A stretch of DNA of 64,000 nucleotides from a virus. Its lineage: Duplodnaviria; Caudoviricetes. Position numbers and translations under genes: made by a program. Positions 31,061-40,693 of the stretch are shown here, piece by piece (position 1 is the stretch's first letter; each line of letters starts with the position of its first letter). Location: the IMG/VR virus record IMGVR_UViG_3300028048_000059, positions 64,001 through 128,000 of that record. One strand, written 5' to 3'. A model generated the notes under the pieces. The model was not told where the DNA came from. It made no database searches and worked only from the letters and a program-made list of their open reading frames with translations.

Positions 31061-31605
31061 TGTGTTACTCCTAATTCTTGATAGTATACAATTAATTTCC
31101 AATTCCATGAGAGAGTTTCTTTATTAGCAATAAATTCATAAGAGGCGGCCGTACCATCGGAGACATCTTCATATCCAGCACCTTTGTCGCATTGCCATTG
31201 ATAATAGACCTCACAATTTTCAAAGCCAGTGAGTACAGAAGTTAGATAAATTGTATCGCCATAGGTAACAACTGGTCCGCGAGAAGAAGAGATTGTAACG
31301 GTTTTTTCAATTGGATGCAGCGTTATAGATGGTTCTTCCACAACAGGAAACGTTAGTTCTGGTTCTGGTTCTGGCTCTTGAATTACTACATAATTTTCAC
31401 TAAATGGCGGCGCCACTGATATCTCCGCATATGCGGAAAAAGTTGCTTCTTCAACAACGATTTCTGCTTCAATTTCAACTTCAAATTCTGTTGGTTCTTC
31501 TGTTGATTCAACTATAAAATCAATTTCATTTTCAATTAATTGTGGTTCCTCTGCCATGCTAGTGAGTGCTAACATGCAGGCAATAATGAATGGAATTTTC
31601 TTCAT
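31057..31605 (-). CDS. secreted acidic protein with C-terminal Ig-like domain
   Basis: Signal peptide MKKIPFIIACMLALTSMA, Glu/Pro linker, GDTIYLTS...YYQWQ...WKLIV. Confidence 0.65.
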   Translation of the reverse strand: MKKIPFIIACMLALTSMAEEPQLIENEIDFIVESTEEPTEFEVEIEAEIVVEEATFSAYAEISVAPPFSENYVVIQEPEPEPELTFPVVEEPSITLHPIEKTVTISSSRGPVVTYGDTIYLTSVLTGFENCEVYYQWQCDKGAGYEDVSDGTAASYEFIANKETLSWNWKLIVYYQELGVTQ

Positions 31606-31624
31606 AAGTCTCTCCTTTTTCTTT

Positions 31625-31653
31625 ATTATAGCATGAATTTTAGTTGCTGTCAA
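31625..31653 (-). promoter_or_regulatory. sigma-A promoter
   Basis: TTGACA-17-TATAAT with TG. Confidence 0.85.
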
Positions 31654-31682
31654 GCTCTTTTTGCGCGAAGTGGAAACTCTTA

Positions 31683-32357
31683 TCAAAGACTACCATCTAT
31701 ATAAAATTTTTTAATTTCTTTTTTAGCTTTTTCATTCTTCATATACTTTAATCCATTTAACCATCCTTCTTTCACTGTCCACCAAGTATTTTTATTTTTA
31801 ATAATTAAACTTGCTAGGGGATCTCCGATCCACAGTCTCCAACTAACATTATATTGTCCAAGAACGGGCCCGCATCCTCCTTCATATTCATCTATTAAAA
31901 TACTATTAATTTTTTTTACAGTCATACTATCAATTCCTATATATCTATCTTCATATATTAAAGAAAAATCTGGATATTTTTCTAAAAGTATTAAAAATTC
32001 TTCAAAAGTAATTATTCTTGGTTCAGTATTATTAATAATATTATCTGCACGATTATCAATTAAAATTCCTTTTTCCATTTGTATTTCTTTTTCTCCCATT
32101 TTATTATAACCATTAGAAACTGTTTGATATTTTGTAATATAGTGCTGTTCTAATTTAAGAGCTTGTTCTTTAGATAAATTTGTATGTAAAATTTCTTTTT
32201 TAATATTATCCCAACCAAATAAAATTATTGGAATATAAACTTCTTGTCCTTTATAACCTTCACCGTTTGCCCATCTGTCTTTGGGATTTTGTTTAGTTAA
32301 TCCTATATATAATTTTCCATCAGGAAAAGTGAATTTATAAATACTATAATTTTCCAT
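31683..32357 (-). CDS. GIY-YIG endonuclease-domain protein
   Basis: YSIYKFTFPDGKLYIGLT...RWANGEGY...GWDN...LE...NGYN. Confidence 0.8.
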   Translation of the reverse strand: MENYSIYKFTFPDGKLYIGLTKQNPKDRWANGEGYKGQEVYIPIILFGWDNIKKEILHTNLSKEQALKLEQHYITKYQTVSNGYNKMGEKEIQMEKGILIDNRADNIINNTEPRIITFEEFLILLEKYPDFSLIYEDRYIGIDSMTVKKINSILIDEYEGGCGPVLGQYNVSWRLWIGDPLASLIIKNKNTWWTVKEGWLNGLKYMKNEKAKKEIKKFYIDGSL

Positions 32358-32384
32358 ATCTTTCCTCCATAATTTCGCGAAGCG

Positions 32385-32656
32385 TCTCAATATTTGCCGT
32401 GAAGCCCAACGGGCGGAGCGGCAAATATTGAGAGAAAGTAGGAAAATCCTACTTGCCCATGATAATTATTTTTATTGTTATTATTATGTTCTTTTATTAT
32501 GTTTTTATTATGTTATAGGTAGGAATTTCGGACAATTTTTCGGTAGGAATTTCTTACTTAATAATAAGTAGGAAAATCCTACTTGTCCGAGAAAAATTTC
32601 CTACCTAAAATATAGAACGATTTTCCTACCTAATAATAAGTAGAAAAATCCTACTA
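32385..32656. repeat. palindromic repeat array with AT-rich tract and 15-bp hairpin (candidate origin or operator array)
   Basis: AAGTAGGAAAATCCTACTT at 32436 and 32566, variant at 32638, several GTAGGAA/TTCCTAC half-sites, TTATTATGTT tandem tract, TCTCAATATTTGCCG inverted repeat. Confidence 0.8.
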
Positions 32657-33010
32657 ATTTTCCAAAGCTTCTAAATTGATAGTAATTGATTCATACTCTT
32701 TAAATTCAATTATACCTTTTGCCGCGAGAGATTTACGCCGCTCTATATATGTATCATGTGACATACCTGTTCTATCTCTTATCCATTTTTCGGATGGATG
32801 AAAAGGACGTGTGGGATCATCAGTTTGTCCTATTAAAACTATAAGTAGTAGTCTGTCATTTGCTGTCAACCCTTTTTTCCCGCCTATTGCCACCAATAGT
32901 CTATCCGCGACACTTATACGTTGTTCGTTTTGTTGTTTCCATTTTTGCCCATTTATATATAAAGCTGGAGCATTGTTTTTACCTGTAATCATCCTGAATT
33001 CCTCCTGCAA
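32654..33010 (-). CDS. winged-HTH protein (phage initiator-like)
   Basis: LTANDRLLLIVL...FHPSEKWIRDRTGMS...RKSLAAKGII. Confidence 0.6.
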   Translation of the reverse strand: MQEEFRMITGKNNAPALYINGQKWKQQNEQRISVADRLLVAIGGKKGLTANDRLLLIVLIGQTDDPTRPFHPSEKWIRDRTGMSHDTYIERRKSLAAKGIIEFKEYESITINLEALEN

Positions 33011-33196
33011 TTAGTGCTTTTTTGCTATTGTTGCTGCTTGAGGAATGGCTGCGCGCAACTCAGGGGTATCTTCAAACCAATAAACATCATATTGAGGTTT
33101 TTTTATATTAGCAGTCGTCTTTATTAGTTTAAACCCTAAATCGCGTAATGCCGCTGCGACCCTTGGCATATAAATTATATAAAGTTTATCTTCCAT
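33011..33196 (-). CDS. small protein (DUF5659-like)
   Basis: IIY...A..L...GF.L....N.KKP...VY.FEDTPEL pattern. Confidence 0.55.
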   Translation of the reverse strand: MEDKLYIIYMPRVAAALRDLGFKLIKTTANIKKPQYDVYWFEDTPELRAAIPQAATIAKKH

Positions 33197-33389
33197 TTTT
33201 CATTACCTCTTCCATTTTTTCTAATACTTTTATTGATGGATTTCTTGCACCAGAAAAAATCTTTGAAATATGAGAACGGCTGCACTCTAATTTTTCGGCT
33301 ATTTGTTCTTGAATCCATCCTTCTTTTTCACAAAAATTTTTAAATTGTTCTATAATATCTTTTACCATACCTTTGTGACTTAGAGTCAC
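33186..33389 (-). CDS. XRE-family HTH regulator
   Basis: QEQIAEKLECSRSHISKIFSGARNPS; AGGAGG RBS before a GTG start. Confidence 0.8.
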   Translation of the reverse strand: MTLSHKGMVKDIIEQFKNFCEKEGWIQEQIAEKLECSRSHISKIFSGARNPSIKVLEKMEEVMKNGR

Positions 33390-33447
33390 ATTCCTCCTAT
33401 AAAGAAATAATCCTATCATAAGATAGGTATTATTTCTAATTTATTCT

Positions 33448-33666
33448 TTAATTATTTTTTTCAATTTTTTTAATTTCACATTCACTCATATATGGAAAAT
33501 AAATAACATTATCTGCCCGATTATCTATGCGATCTGCCATTTCATATAATGAATTTTTTATATGCTGTTCAGCCTCGTCTGGCGAATATCCATCTTCAAT
33601 TAATGAGTCATAATATTCTTGTTCATCTGCGATAAAGGTGTAAGTTATTGATACTTGATATTTCAT
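33448..33666 (-). CDS. hypothetical protein
   Basis: ORF with AAGGAG RBS. Confidence 0.6.
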   Translation of the reverse strand: MKYQVSITYTFIADEQEYYDSLIEDGYSPDEAEQHIKNSLYEMADRIDNRADNVIYFPYMSECEIKKIEKNN

Positions 33667-33678
33667 ATTATCTCCTTT

Positions 33679-34068
33679 TTAATACGACATCCAAAAAAAC
33701 AACTTAACGCCTTGCGCAATCATGTCATCATAATTTTTATATAATTCGCACAATCTAGGAAGGCCGCTAAAACCATCAAAATAATCAGCATGATAGCAAT
33801 AAAAATCAATCATGTTTGCTAGATCCTTCTTGCTAATACGAACGTAATCGCCATCTTCTGCTTCAATTAGAGTTGGGATACTATTTACCATATCCCAAAA
33901 TTTGCGGGCGTACCATACCTCACATACATCTGGCCATTGAAAAGTGCCATTTTCATCATAGAAATTATTATTGAGAACGATTTCATCATATTCAAAGCGA
34001 TCGTCGTAGTCATAAGTGTCAAGGTATTCGCGCTTCTTTGTTGCAACAAGTCCCATGTCGAGTCCCAT
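33679..34068 (-). CDS. conserved phage protein (MGLDM family)
   Basis: MGLDM...YARK N-terminal pattern. Confidence 0.65.
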   Translation of the reverse strand: MGLDMGLVATKKREYLDTYDYDDRFEYDEIVLNNNFYDENGTFQWPDVCEVWYARKFWDMVNSIPTLIEAEDGDYVRISKKDLANMIDFYCYHADYFDGFSGLPRLCELYKNYDDMIAQGVKLFFWMSY

Positions 34069-34098
34069 AGTTTTGCTCCTTTCTTTTCTCTTATGTTA

Positions 34099-34127
34099 AT
34101 TATAATATGATTTTTATTTGTTGTCAA
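34099..34127 (-). promoter_or_regulatory. sigma-A promoter
   Basis: TTGACA-17-TATAAT. Confidence 0.85.
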
Positions 34128-34146
34128 ATATATAAATAAGAAGACA

Positions 34147-35412
34147 TTAGGTTGTCTTCTTATTTTTTAAGATGAGATTTAGAATGATGCCAACAATCAT
34201 CGCCAGTGCCGTAGTTCCAATACTTACAACCCCAAAATTACACACAGTGCCAGAAACGCCAAGCGTTAGGATTGCCGCAATAATTGTTACATTTTTATTG
34301 TCATTCAAATCAATATTGCTGTCCTTAATAGTGCGAATACCAGAAAGAGTGATATATCCATACAGAATCGCTGCGCACCCACCAAAAATACAACTGGGAA
34401 TACTAACGAGGAAAGCTTGTAGCGGCCCGATAAAAGCTGCAATGCCCATAATAATTGCTGCTAATGTAATAACATATTTAGAACAAATCTTACTAAAACC
34501 AGTTGTGCCAACGCTTTCTCCATAGCTCGTATTTGGCATCGCGCCAATGAGTGCGCCAAGAGCTGTGGCGGCGCCATCGCCCATGAGAGTAAAACCAAGT
34601 CCAGGATTTTGCGTTAAATCAGTGTTAATTACTGCACTTAATGCCTTATGGTCAGATGTATGTTCGCAAATTGTTACTAATGCTAACGGGAGGAACAGTA
34701 ATAGAATTTGTGGGAGCCAACTCCAATTCCACTGATTAAAATGAGTGAAGGCAAAATCTGGCATTTGAAATAGATGCACATTGTTAAATGCGCTAAAATC
34801 AATAATCTTAACTCCACAAACAGTTAATACAGCCGCGAAAGCATAAACAATTAAAATCGAAATTAAAAATGGTAAGTTTTTAATAAATCCCTTTCCATAC
34901 TGTGAGATAAGAGCAGTGATGAGCAGCGTCAGAATACCTAAACCGAAACCAATTAAACTATATTGACCATTGATCTGAAAATATGTAGGGATAAAAGTGG
35001 CAAGATTCAGACCAATTACGGCTACAATTGGACCAATTACGACAGGTGGAAGCAACTTATTAATCCACGCTGTTCCAAAGTGATTGATGGCGGCGCCAAC
35101 TGCAAAATATACAATGCATACAATAATACCACCAATAAATACTGCAAAATAATTTGGGACTGCGCCTAATGCTAGTGCGCCAGTAACTGCCGCGACAAAT
35201 GCGCCAGATGAAGAAATAAACATTGGGCTTTGGCCGCGGGTAATCAGTTGATATAATAGTGTACCAAGCGCTGCGCCAAGCATGGCAGGCGCAATTGGCA
35301 CGCCGCAAATAGTAGGAATTAGAATCGTGGCAACAAAGCAAGCAACTACTTGTTGTAGCGCTGCGACGACGAGCCGTCGCATGGGTAGTTTATCATTAAT
35401 ATTATATAACAT
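34147..35412 (-). CDS. NCS2-family uracil/xanthine permease (UraA/PyrP-like)
   Basis: About 12 hydrophobic segments; SSSGAF, PPVVIG, EH..D, GDG, PNTSYGE, YGYITLSG. Confidence 0.9.
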   Translation of the reverse strand: MLYNINDKLPMRRLVVAALQQVVACFVATILIPTICGVPIAPAMLGAALGTLLYQLITRGQSPMFISSSGAFVAAVTGALALGAVPNYFAVFIGGIIVCIVYFAVGAAINHFGTAWINKLLPPVVIGPIVAVIGLNLATFIPTYFQINGQYSLIGFGLGILTLLITALISQYGKGFIKNLPFLISILIVYAFAAVLTVCGVKIIDFSAFNNVHLFQMPDFAFTHFNQWNWSWLPQILLLFLPLALVTICEHTSDHKALSAVINTDLTQNPGLGFTLMGDGAATALGALIGAMPNTSYGESVGTTGFSKICSKYVITLAAIIMGIAAFIGPLQAFLVSIPSCIFGGCAAILYGYITLSGIRTIKDSNIDLNDNKNVTIIAAILTLGVSGTVCNFGVVSIGTTALAMIVGIILNLILKNKKTT

Positions 35413-35586
35413 ATTATTCTCCTTCAATAAATTTCTTAATATATTCAATAAACTCTTGATCTTCCATATAAAAACAATCTCGTGTTCTAAAAACATTCGA
35501 CATAAGTTGAGCAAGACGCCAGTCTGGCACTTTATGCCAAATTTCTCCGAGCTGTTGACAAATATTTTCAATACGATTTGGGTTTC

Positions 35587-35946
35587 TCATACCTTATTCC
35601 TCTTATTCCAAGCAGTAATTGTTGCGTAATAAGGAAGTTGATCATAATGAACACAAAACGCATCCGTATCATCATTAGTAATAGGTAGCTCTTGTTCAAG
35701 TGGCTTATTTGGGTCGCAAGTTATCGTACAGTAATCGCGCCACCATTCTTTTGTTGGAGCCGTATCAATAGTTGGCGGCATAACATTATTATTACCACAA
35801 TATAGGCATGTTGGAGTTAAAGGAGAATAAACTTTTCCGCATTTTGGGCATATCCATCCATACTCTCGTGATACAGGAAAGTTATACTCACTACTATTAG
35901 TAGCTGTAACAGGTGGACCATCAACTGGGATATGATTAAAATTCAT
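35587..35946 (-). CDS. Zn-ribbon phage protein
   Basis: GWICPKCGKVYSP...CLYC. Confidence 0.65.
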   Translation of the reverse strand: MNFNHIPVDGPPVTATNSSEYNFPVSREYGWICPKCGKVYSPLTPTCLYCGNNNVMPPTIDTAPTKEWWRDYCTITCDPNKPLEQELPITNDDTDAFCVHYDQLPYYATITAWNKRNKV

Positions 35947-36448
35947 TTTCTTTCTCCTTTATAAATGCTATTGCATCTTCAATATTGCTAACAAGAATGC
36001 CGCCTTGTTTGATTAGTCCAGTAACATAAAGATTCTGATAACTATATTGTTGTTCACCAAGTGCCGTGGCGCCGCCTTTGTCCTTGGCTTCACTATGCGT
36101 TAGATACATCTGTCGATTATCTGTGCAAATACCGACAATATATTTATGGTCACCGCGCTCGATTTTTTCGTGGAATTTCCCGATTTCTGCGCAACTTCCT
36201 GCTGGTAAAATGTCTCCATCTATACATGCAACAAGAATATCTGTATTATTCAATCGAATGTTATCACCGTTGGCGATTTCTTGTGAACCTGCAAATTTCT
36301 TTTTCCCTTCTGCGCCATTAATATCGCTGTTTTCAATTGGGCTGTACAAGTCTGCATTAGGTATTGCCGCTCTAATTTTTTGTGCCCATTCTGTATTCCT
36401 TAGTACATCACCATAATAAAAAATTGAACCTGCAAGATAAATTTTCAT
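35936..36448 (-). CDS. nucleoside 2-deoxyribosyltransferase-family protein
   Basis: KIYLAGSIF, YSP, D...D, G...EIG, NLYVTG. Confidence 0.85.
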   Translation of the reverse strand: MKIYLAGSIFYYGDVLRNTEWAQKIRAAIPNADLYSPIENSDINGAEGKKKFAGSQEIANGDNIRLNNTDILVACIDGDILPAGSCAEIGKFHEKIERGDHKYIVGICTDNRQMYLTHSEAKDKGGATALGEQQYSYQNLYVTGLIKQGGILVSNIEDAIAFIKEKENEF

Positions 36449-36449
36449 A

Positions 36450-36635
36450 TTATTCCTCCATTTTATCAGTAGCCTTATAATTATGAATAAAGGCGTTAAT
36501 TTCTTTATAACATTCGGGGCAGATGTCATACCACTCGTCTTTATCATCTTGCATCATAAGTCGTACATATAACCATCTTAAAGATTTTCTTGCTTTTATT
36601 TGTTTATGACAACGATCACAATATTGTTTTGTCAT
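36450..36635 (-). CDS. small Zn-finger protein
   Basis: CDRC...DICPEC. Confidence 0.6.
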   Translation of the reverse strand: MTKQYCDRCHKQIKARKSLRWLYVRLMMQDDKDEWYDICPECYKEINAFIHNYKATDKMEE

Positions 36636-36673
36636 TAAATTCTATTCCCCTTGTTCATTCCACATAAATTGTC

Positions 36674-37561
36674 TTATATTTCATAATTTGTTACCACGAT
36701 TTCTCTTGTCTTGTTGCCGCCATCATTTACTGTATGTGTACAATGAGAATATGCAGGATTGTTGATGTCATGCACAAATAGATTGCCTTCATAACCATCT
36801 ATCCATTGCTCTAAAATAGTATTGGTTTTGCCATGATGTTCAATAACATTCGATAATGCCCATTTAAACCCGAGGCTATGCGCATTATCTAAATAATTTA
36901 GAAGTTCTTTCTCATCATACTCATCCCATTTCTGCCATACTTCTAGCAATCCATTATTATATACTTGATTAGTAATAAGATATGGCGGGTCGAAATACAA
37001 TAGCGTATTTTTTGGGTTGAATTTTATTAAATCAATTTGTGAAAAACTTGCATTATGTAATTCAACACCTTGAATCAGATTGTAAAATTTTTCAATGCTG
37101 TTGCGCTGTCTTGCAGAAAAATTAGAGTAACCGCGGCCAAATCCTGCATTAAATTGTAGGTTTTTGTTAAAACGCATTGTAAAATGGAAGCTAAATCTAG
37201 TTAAAGTATATAAATCCAATGGTGTATGATATTCAGAAATGTTATTATATGCATCACGATACGCTAAGAACCCTTCTTCATTTTCTTTGGATAATTCAAA
37301 TTCATCGATACGTTTTTCAATAAAATTTAGAATTTCTGAAAATGAATATTGTTGAAAGGCTTGCATGATTTCAATTAAAAAACTATTGGCATCAACTGCA
37401 ATTTTTTTATTTGCTGTCGCATTAATAGATACATCGCATCCACCACAAAAGAAATCAATTAATGTATCAATTTTTTGTGGAAATAGCGGCATTAATTGTT
37501 TCATAATTTGATATTTATTACCAACCCAATTAAATGGAGATTTTACATAAATCGCACTCAT
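36674..37561 (-). CDS. N6-adenine DNA methyltransferase (D12/Dam class)
   Basis: SPFNWVGNK, DFFCGG, FN..FG, YFDPPY, ALSN, EIVVTNY. Confidence 0.88.
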   Translation of the reverse strand: MSAIYVKSPFNWVGNKYQIMKQLMPLFPQKIDTLIDFFCGGCDVSINATANKKIAVDANSFLIEIMQAFQQYSFSEILNFIEKRIDEFELSKENEEGFLAYRDAYNNISEYHTPLDLYTLTRFSFHFTMRFNKNLQFNAGFGRGYSNFSARQRNSIEKFYNLIQGVELHNASFSQIDLIKFNPKNTLLYFDPPYLITNQVYNNGLLEVWQKWDEYDEKELLNYLDNAHSLGFKWALSNVIEHHGKTNTILEQWIDGYEGNLFVHDINNPAYSHCTHTVNDGGNKTREIVVTNYEI

Positions 37562-37581
37562 ATGTCCTCCTTTTTTCTTTT

Positions 37582-37610
37582 ATTATATCATGAATTTTTA
37601 AAAAAGTCAA
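37582..37610 (-). promoter_or_regulatory. sigma-A promoter
   Basis: TTGACT-17-TATAAT. Confidence 0.85.
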
Positions 37611-37612
37611 GA

Positions 37613-37644
37613 TAAAAGAAAAAAGGGAGCAAAAGCTCCCTTTT
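37613..37644 (-). terminator. Rho-independent terminator
   Basis: GGGAGC-TTTT-GCTCCC followed by a U-run. Confidence 0.8.
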
Positions 37645-37646
37645 AA

Positions 37647-38885
37647 TCATTTAGGTGGAATCATTTTGTCGCACAGTTGTGGAATACGGCCTCTTTCTGA
37701 TTTAATCAATTTAACTGTGCCAAAGAGTGGGTCGCCGCTTAAATGATCTAACATAGATTTTATACCATTATTTTTTTCAAATTTCTTATTATCAATTTGA
37801 GCTACATCGCCGCAGAAGATAATTTCACTATTATCCTCCATACGACTTAATAATAAGGTAACTAATTTATCATTTAAATTTTCACATTCATCGCAAAGCA
37901 ATATAGAATTTTTAATACTGCGGCCGCGAATGTGAGAGATTGGATAAATTTCAATTATTCCATCTTCTATCATTTGCTCTAATACGTCTGTGCCGCCAAG
38001 ATGATCAGCGATGGGGCCGCCCCAAATTGACATTTTTTCTGTCATAGTTCCGGGGAGAAAACCAATATCATTTGTATCTGCAACAATAATATTATTGCGA
38101 ACAAACACCAATTTTTTATATACGCCACGATAGATTTGTTCAAGCGCATAATTTAACGCAATCATTGTCTTGCCGCTGCCCCATGCAGAAGTTAATAATT
38201 TCACCTTAATTGAATCATTTTGTAAGAGATCAAAAGCCATTTTTTGCTCTAAGTTACGTGGTTTAATTGTCTCATTTAAAAAATGATTCTTGATTTCTTT
38301 ATATTTTAATGGCCTATAACGTTCGCCAGTCCAAAATAATATATCTTTTAAATCATCGCCTTCGTAAATTTTTGCAAATTCATTAGTAATACAATGCAAA
38401 ACATTGGCTGTTGGGTCAGAATACAATGAAGCCAATTGCGCGTTAGAAGGTGTATAATTTTTCCATCCTTGGTTTTCTTCATATTCCATCAGGGCGTTGT
38501 CTTTCCATAAACGCCAACCAAGCTGTGGAAAGCAAGAATGGAGCAAATATAGAGCATAATCACTTGTAACAAATGTGACAGATTCATGCATTTCTTCTTG
38601 CAGAAGACATGCGGCCGCCACTAATTTGTGATCTGCTATATCTGATAGATATTTATTTTTCTTTATAATTTTATTTATTTTCTTTGTTTCAGGAATATAA
38701 TATTTATAATTCGATGATGTAATCATATCACGAGTTAATTTTCTTGCACGATATTTTACTTCATCATTTTTTTGTGAATTTTTGATATTTTCTAACTCTG
38801 AAACAATTAAAGGAGTAATCCATATATTTGGATAGTGTTCTGTGCATCCATTTAGAAGCGCAGACGTATCACAAAAATATATCAT
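37647..38885 (-). CDS. phoH: PIN-domain plus PhoH-family ATPase
   Basis: DTSALL...EL...D..L...TSD (PIN); GSGKT, IGFLPG, IRGRS, DECEN, GDVAQID. Confidence 0.88.
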   Translation of the reverse strand: MIYFCDTSALLNGCTEHYPNIWITPLIVSELENIKNSQKNDEVKYRARKLTRDMITSSNYKYYIPETKKINKIIKKNKYLSDIADHKLVAAACLLQEEMHESVTFVTSDYALYLLHSCFPQLGWRLWKDNALMEYEENQGWKNYTPSNAQLASLYSDPTANVLHCITNEFAKIYEGDDLKDILFWTGERYRPLKYKEIKNHFLNETIKPRNLEQKMAFDLLQNDSIKVKLLTSAWGSGKTMIALNYALEQIYRGVYKKLVFVRNNIIVADTNDIGFLPGTMTEKMSIWGGPIADHLGGTDVLEQMIEDGIIEIYPISHIRGRSIKNSILLCDECENLNDKLVTLLLSRMEDNSEIIFCGDVAQIDNKKFEKNNGIKSMLDHLSGDPLFGTVKLIKSERGRIPQLCDKMIPPK

Positions 38886-38898
38886 ACAATCACTTCCG

Positions 38899-39498
38899 TT
38901 ATTCAAGTATTTGATCAACTATACCAAGTTCAAGCATATCCTTTGCAGTAAGGAACCATTGTTTACGCGCCTTGCTGTCATATAATTCTGGTGTGATTTT
39001 TGTATTATCTAGAATAAATTGACGAATATCTTGATCTACTTGATCATTAAAAGCCATAATATCAGCAGCAGTTTTTGATTCTGATGGCGCAATGGTAATA
39101 TATCCATCATGTAGTAGTGCATATGAGCTAGGATAGCACATACGTGTTACGTTCGGATTTTTGCCTGCACCGGCAAGAATAACTGCGGCCATACTAGCGG
39201 CATAACCGGTAACAATAATTTTTAGAGGCTTCTTGTATTGTTGCAGATAGTGCGCAAGGAAGAAACCGTCAGAAACACTACCGCCAGGCGAGTTGAGAAT
39301 TAATGTAACAGGAGTATTAATGTCATCATTCTCAAAGTCGCGTAAAGGCAGATACACACATTCTACCAATGATTCTTCAACCTCTTGATTAAAAATAACT
39401 GTACGGTTATGGAATAGTTGATGAAAATATTGATAATCAACAGCGTCAAGTGCTGAAAACTTTTCAACTACTCCTAGAAAATCGATATCTGTATTCAT
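38899..39498 (-). CDS. clpP: ClpP-like serine protease
   Basis: LNSPGGSV, AASMAAVIL, LLHDG, LELGIVDQI. Confidence 0.85.
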   Translation of the reverse strand: MNTDIDFLGVVEKFSALDAVDYQYFHQLFHNRTVIFNQEVEESLVECVYLPLRDFENDDINTPVTLILNSPGGSVSDGFFLAHYLQQYKKPLKIIVTGYAASMAAVILAGAGKNPNVTRMCYPSSYALLHDGYITIAPSESKTAADIMAFNDQVDQDIRQFILDNTKITPELYDSKARKQWFLTAKDMLELGIVDQILE

Positions 39499-39528
39499 GA
39501 GTCCTCCTACTTACTACAAAGTAAGATG

Positions 39529-40638
39529 TTAGTTAATAATTTTACTTAATGTACAATCCTCAATATTAATATCATTCTTTCGAATTGATTTAATGTAAGG
39601 ATGCCGAATAGAAACACCATTAGCTTGACTTACCATCATGCCGCCAATTGTCAGCGGGCACATGTGCCATTCGTCATAATTGTCGCGAAGCTCTGTCTTG
39701 AATTCATCCGTCAGTCCTGCGACCTTGCAAAGCATTACAACATCATGATTATTATTATAAACGCCCGTATAAACTGCACCCGGCCAATTATAATAATAGC
39801 CTTTTGTCACTGGCTCATATGGCTCACCAAGCTGATATTGTTCAAAATATGGCCCATATACCTTTTCTTTGGTACGAACATTCTCCCAAAATTGCCATGT
39901 GCCAATATCTTTACCAGTATAACTACGCACTGCCGGCTCAATACCAATGATGAAGCAATCAATGTCGCTAGAAATTTCTTGCTTCACCTTAACTGTCGTC
40001 CATGCGCTACTACGTTTATCGGGAGTATATTTTACACCCTTTTTGTAACAAACTGCGCCTTCGCCGCCAGCAGCAAAAATATCGTTAATATCATCAAAGA
40101 AGCTGTCATCCATTTCATGATAGGGAATACCTTGCACTAGTGGATTGTTAATACGAGAGACAACTTCTGGAATATATTTAATTCGCTCTTCGATAGGGCT
40201 ATTAATCATATCGCGGCCGTCGAGAGCAAGAACATCAAAAATGCGCCATTCAAGTTTTTGTTCCTTTTGGCGCGCTCGCGCTTTTTCTGTTAGGCATCTA
40301 ACAATAGATCCAACATCACGATCAATACCACCAGGAAGATATAACTCTCCAAGAATAACGGTGTCACCATTTTGAAAAGCAGAGACAACGCTATCCCAAA
40401 AGAAAACACGGTCTTGAACCTCTCCATATGTTCCAGTTACTTTGGAAATACCACGAGTTTGAAGGGCATTGCGCTTGCTGGTAATGACAGCACGTGTAAA
40501 ATTGCCATCAAACTTTTGTGACCATAGATACTGGCCACTGGCGGCCATATCTTCAAGGTGTTGCCGCCGCACATCCGACGACATTGCAGATGTTGGACTC
40601 CAATACTTTTGAATTCCCATAGAAAAATAATCGGTCAT
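39529..40638 (-). CDS. ATP-dependent DNA ligase
   Basis: KFDG, GELY, FDVL, EGAV, VKVK, SIRHP. Confidence 0.88.
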   Translation of the reverse strand: MTDYFSMGIQKYWSPTSAMSSDVRRQHLEDMAASGQYLWSQKFDGNFTRAVITSKRNALQTRGISKVTGTYGEVQDRVFFWDSVVSAFQNGDTVILGELYLPGGIDRDVGSIVRCLTEKARARQKEQKLEWRIFDVLALDGRDMINSPIEERIKYIPEVVSRINNPLVQGIPYHEMDDSFFDDINDIFAAGGEGAVCYKKGVKYTPDKRSSAWTTVKVKQEISSDIDCFIIGIEPAVRSYTGKDIGTWQFWENVRTKEKVYGPYFEQYQLGEPYEPVTKGYYYNWPGAVYTGVYNNNHDVVMLCKVAGLTDEFKTELRDNYDEWHMCPLTIGGMMVSQANGVSIRHPYIKSIRKNDINIEDCTLSKIIN

Positions 40639-40664
40639 TTATTTTTCTCCTTTGTTTTTCTTTT

Positions 40665-40693
40665 ATTATACCACAATTTTACTTAGATGTCAA
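40665..40693 (-). promoter_or_regulatory. sigma-A promoter
   Basis: TTGACA-17-TATAAT with TG. Confidence 0.85.

Noticed and set aside
32436-32656. CRISPR array
   Set aside because: Repeats are short, irregularly spaced, in mixed orientation, lack unique equal-length spacers, and no cas genes are present
36674-37561. Methyltransferase as the explanation for GCGGCCGC enrichment or as part of an R-M system
   Set aside because: It is an adenine methyltransferase and the motif has no adenine; no cognate restriction gene is adjacent
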